Assembly (NCBI RefSeq): GCF_009914755.1
Contig: NC_060935.1
Strand: one strand, 5' to 3'
Length of the DNA stretch: 64,000 nucleotides
Source of the DNA: the human T2T-CHM13v2.0 reference genome, Homo sapiens
Shown: in pieces, positions 63,771-64,000 of the stretch
Layout of the letters: each line of letters opens with the position of its first letter
How positions within the stretch are numbered: the stretch's first letter is position 1
Position numbers and translations under genes: made by a program
The notes under the pieces: generated by a model
Database searches by the model: none
What the model was told of the DNA's origin: nothing
Seen by the model: only the letters and a program-made list of their open reading frames with translations

Positions 63771-64000
63771 CACCACCAAACTTCTCTTGACTCTACATCC
63801 TCTTCTATCTTCATTCCTTCACAGACACATTTTTTGAAAGAACGATCTACACTCATTTTTCTTCATCACTTCCCACTCTAGCTTGGCTTCCGCCCCCAGT
63901 ACTCTGAAACCCTCTGCAAAGATCATCAATTATCTCTTTGTCAGTAAATCCAGTGAATTCCTTTCAATCTTCATCTTGCTTGACATCTTTTCAGAGACTG

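Overview
Human-type (Alu-rich primate) genomic DNA, recognisable as the HOATZ (C11orf88) / LAYN locus. The + strand carries the last three coding exons and poly(A) signals of HOATZ (5891-9155). A CpG-island promoter follows, then the complete 8-exon LAYN (layilin) gene. I assembled its CDS by hand as 12989-13073, 13707-13730, 16068-16365, 21763-21920, 26708-26740, 27354-27437, 29688-29790 and 32244-32607. This totals 1149 nt (382 aa + stop) and encodes a signal peptide, C-type lectin domain, stalk, TM helix and a cytoplasmic tail with ESG(F/W)V repeats. The remaining ~31 kb is intergenic and repeat-dense. Repeats across the window include about 30 Alus, MaLR and MER21 LTRs, MIR/L2, Tigger, MER1, MER20, MADE1 and a decayed ERV-L pro-pol-dUTPase fossil in LAYN intron 3. 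I found no convincing new multi-gene system. The most notable observations are: (1) an AluY whose middle was replaced by an inverted 27-nt exact copy of sequence 3 kb away, a templated-insertion repair scar; (2) several unusual LAYN splicing features (a GC donor on the TM exon whose skipping would give an NMD-immune secreted isoform, a recursive-splice-like exon 6, a microexon, a NAGNAG acceptor and an overlapping uORF); (3) local duplications around the last HOATZ exon. Gene and repeat names come from sequence recognition, not database searches, and repeat boundaries are approximate.
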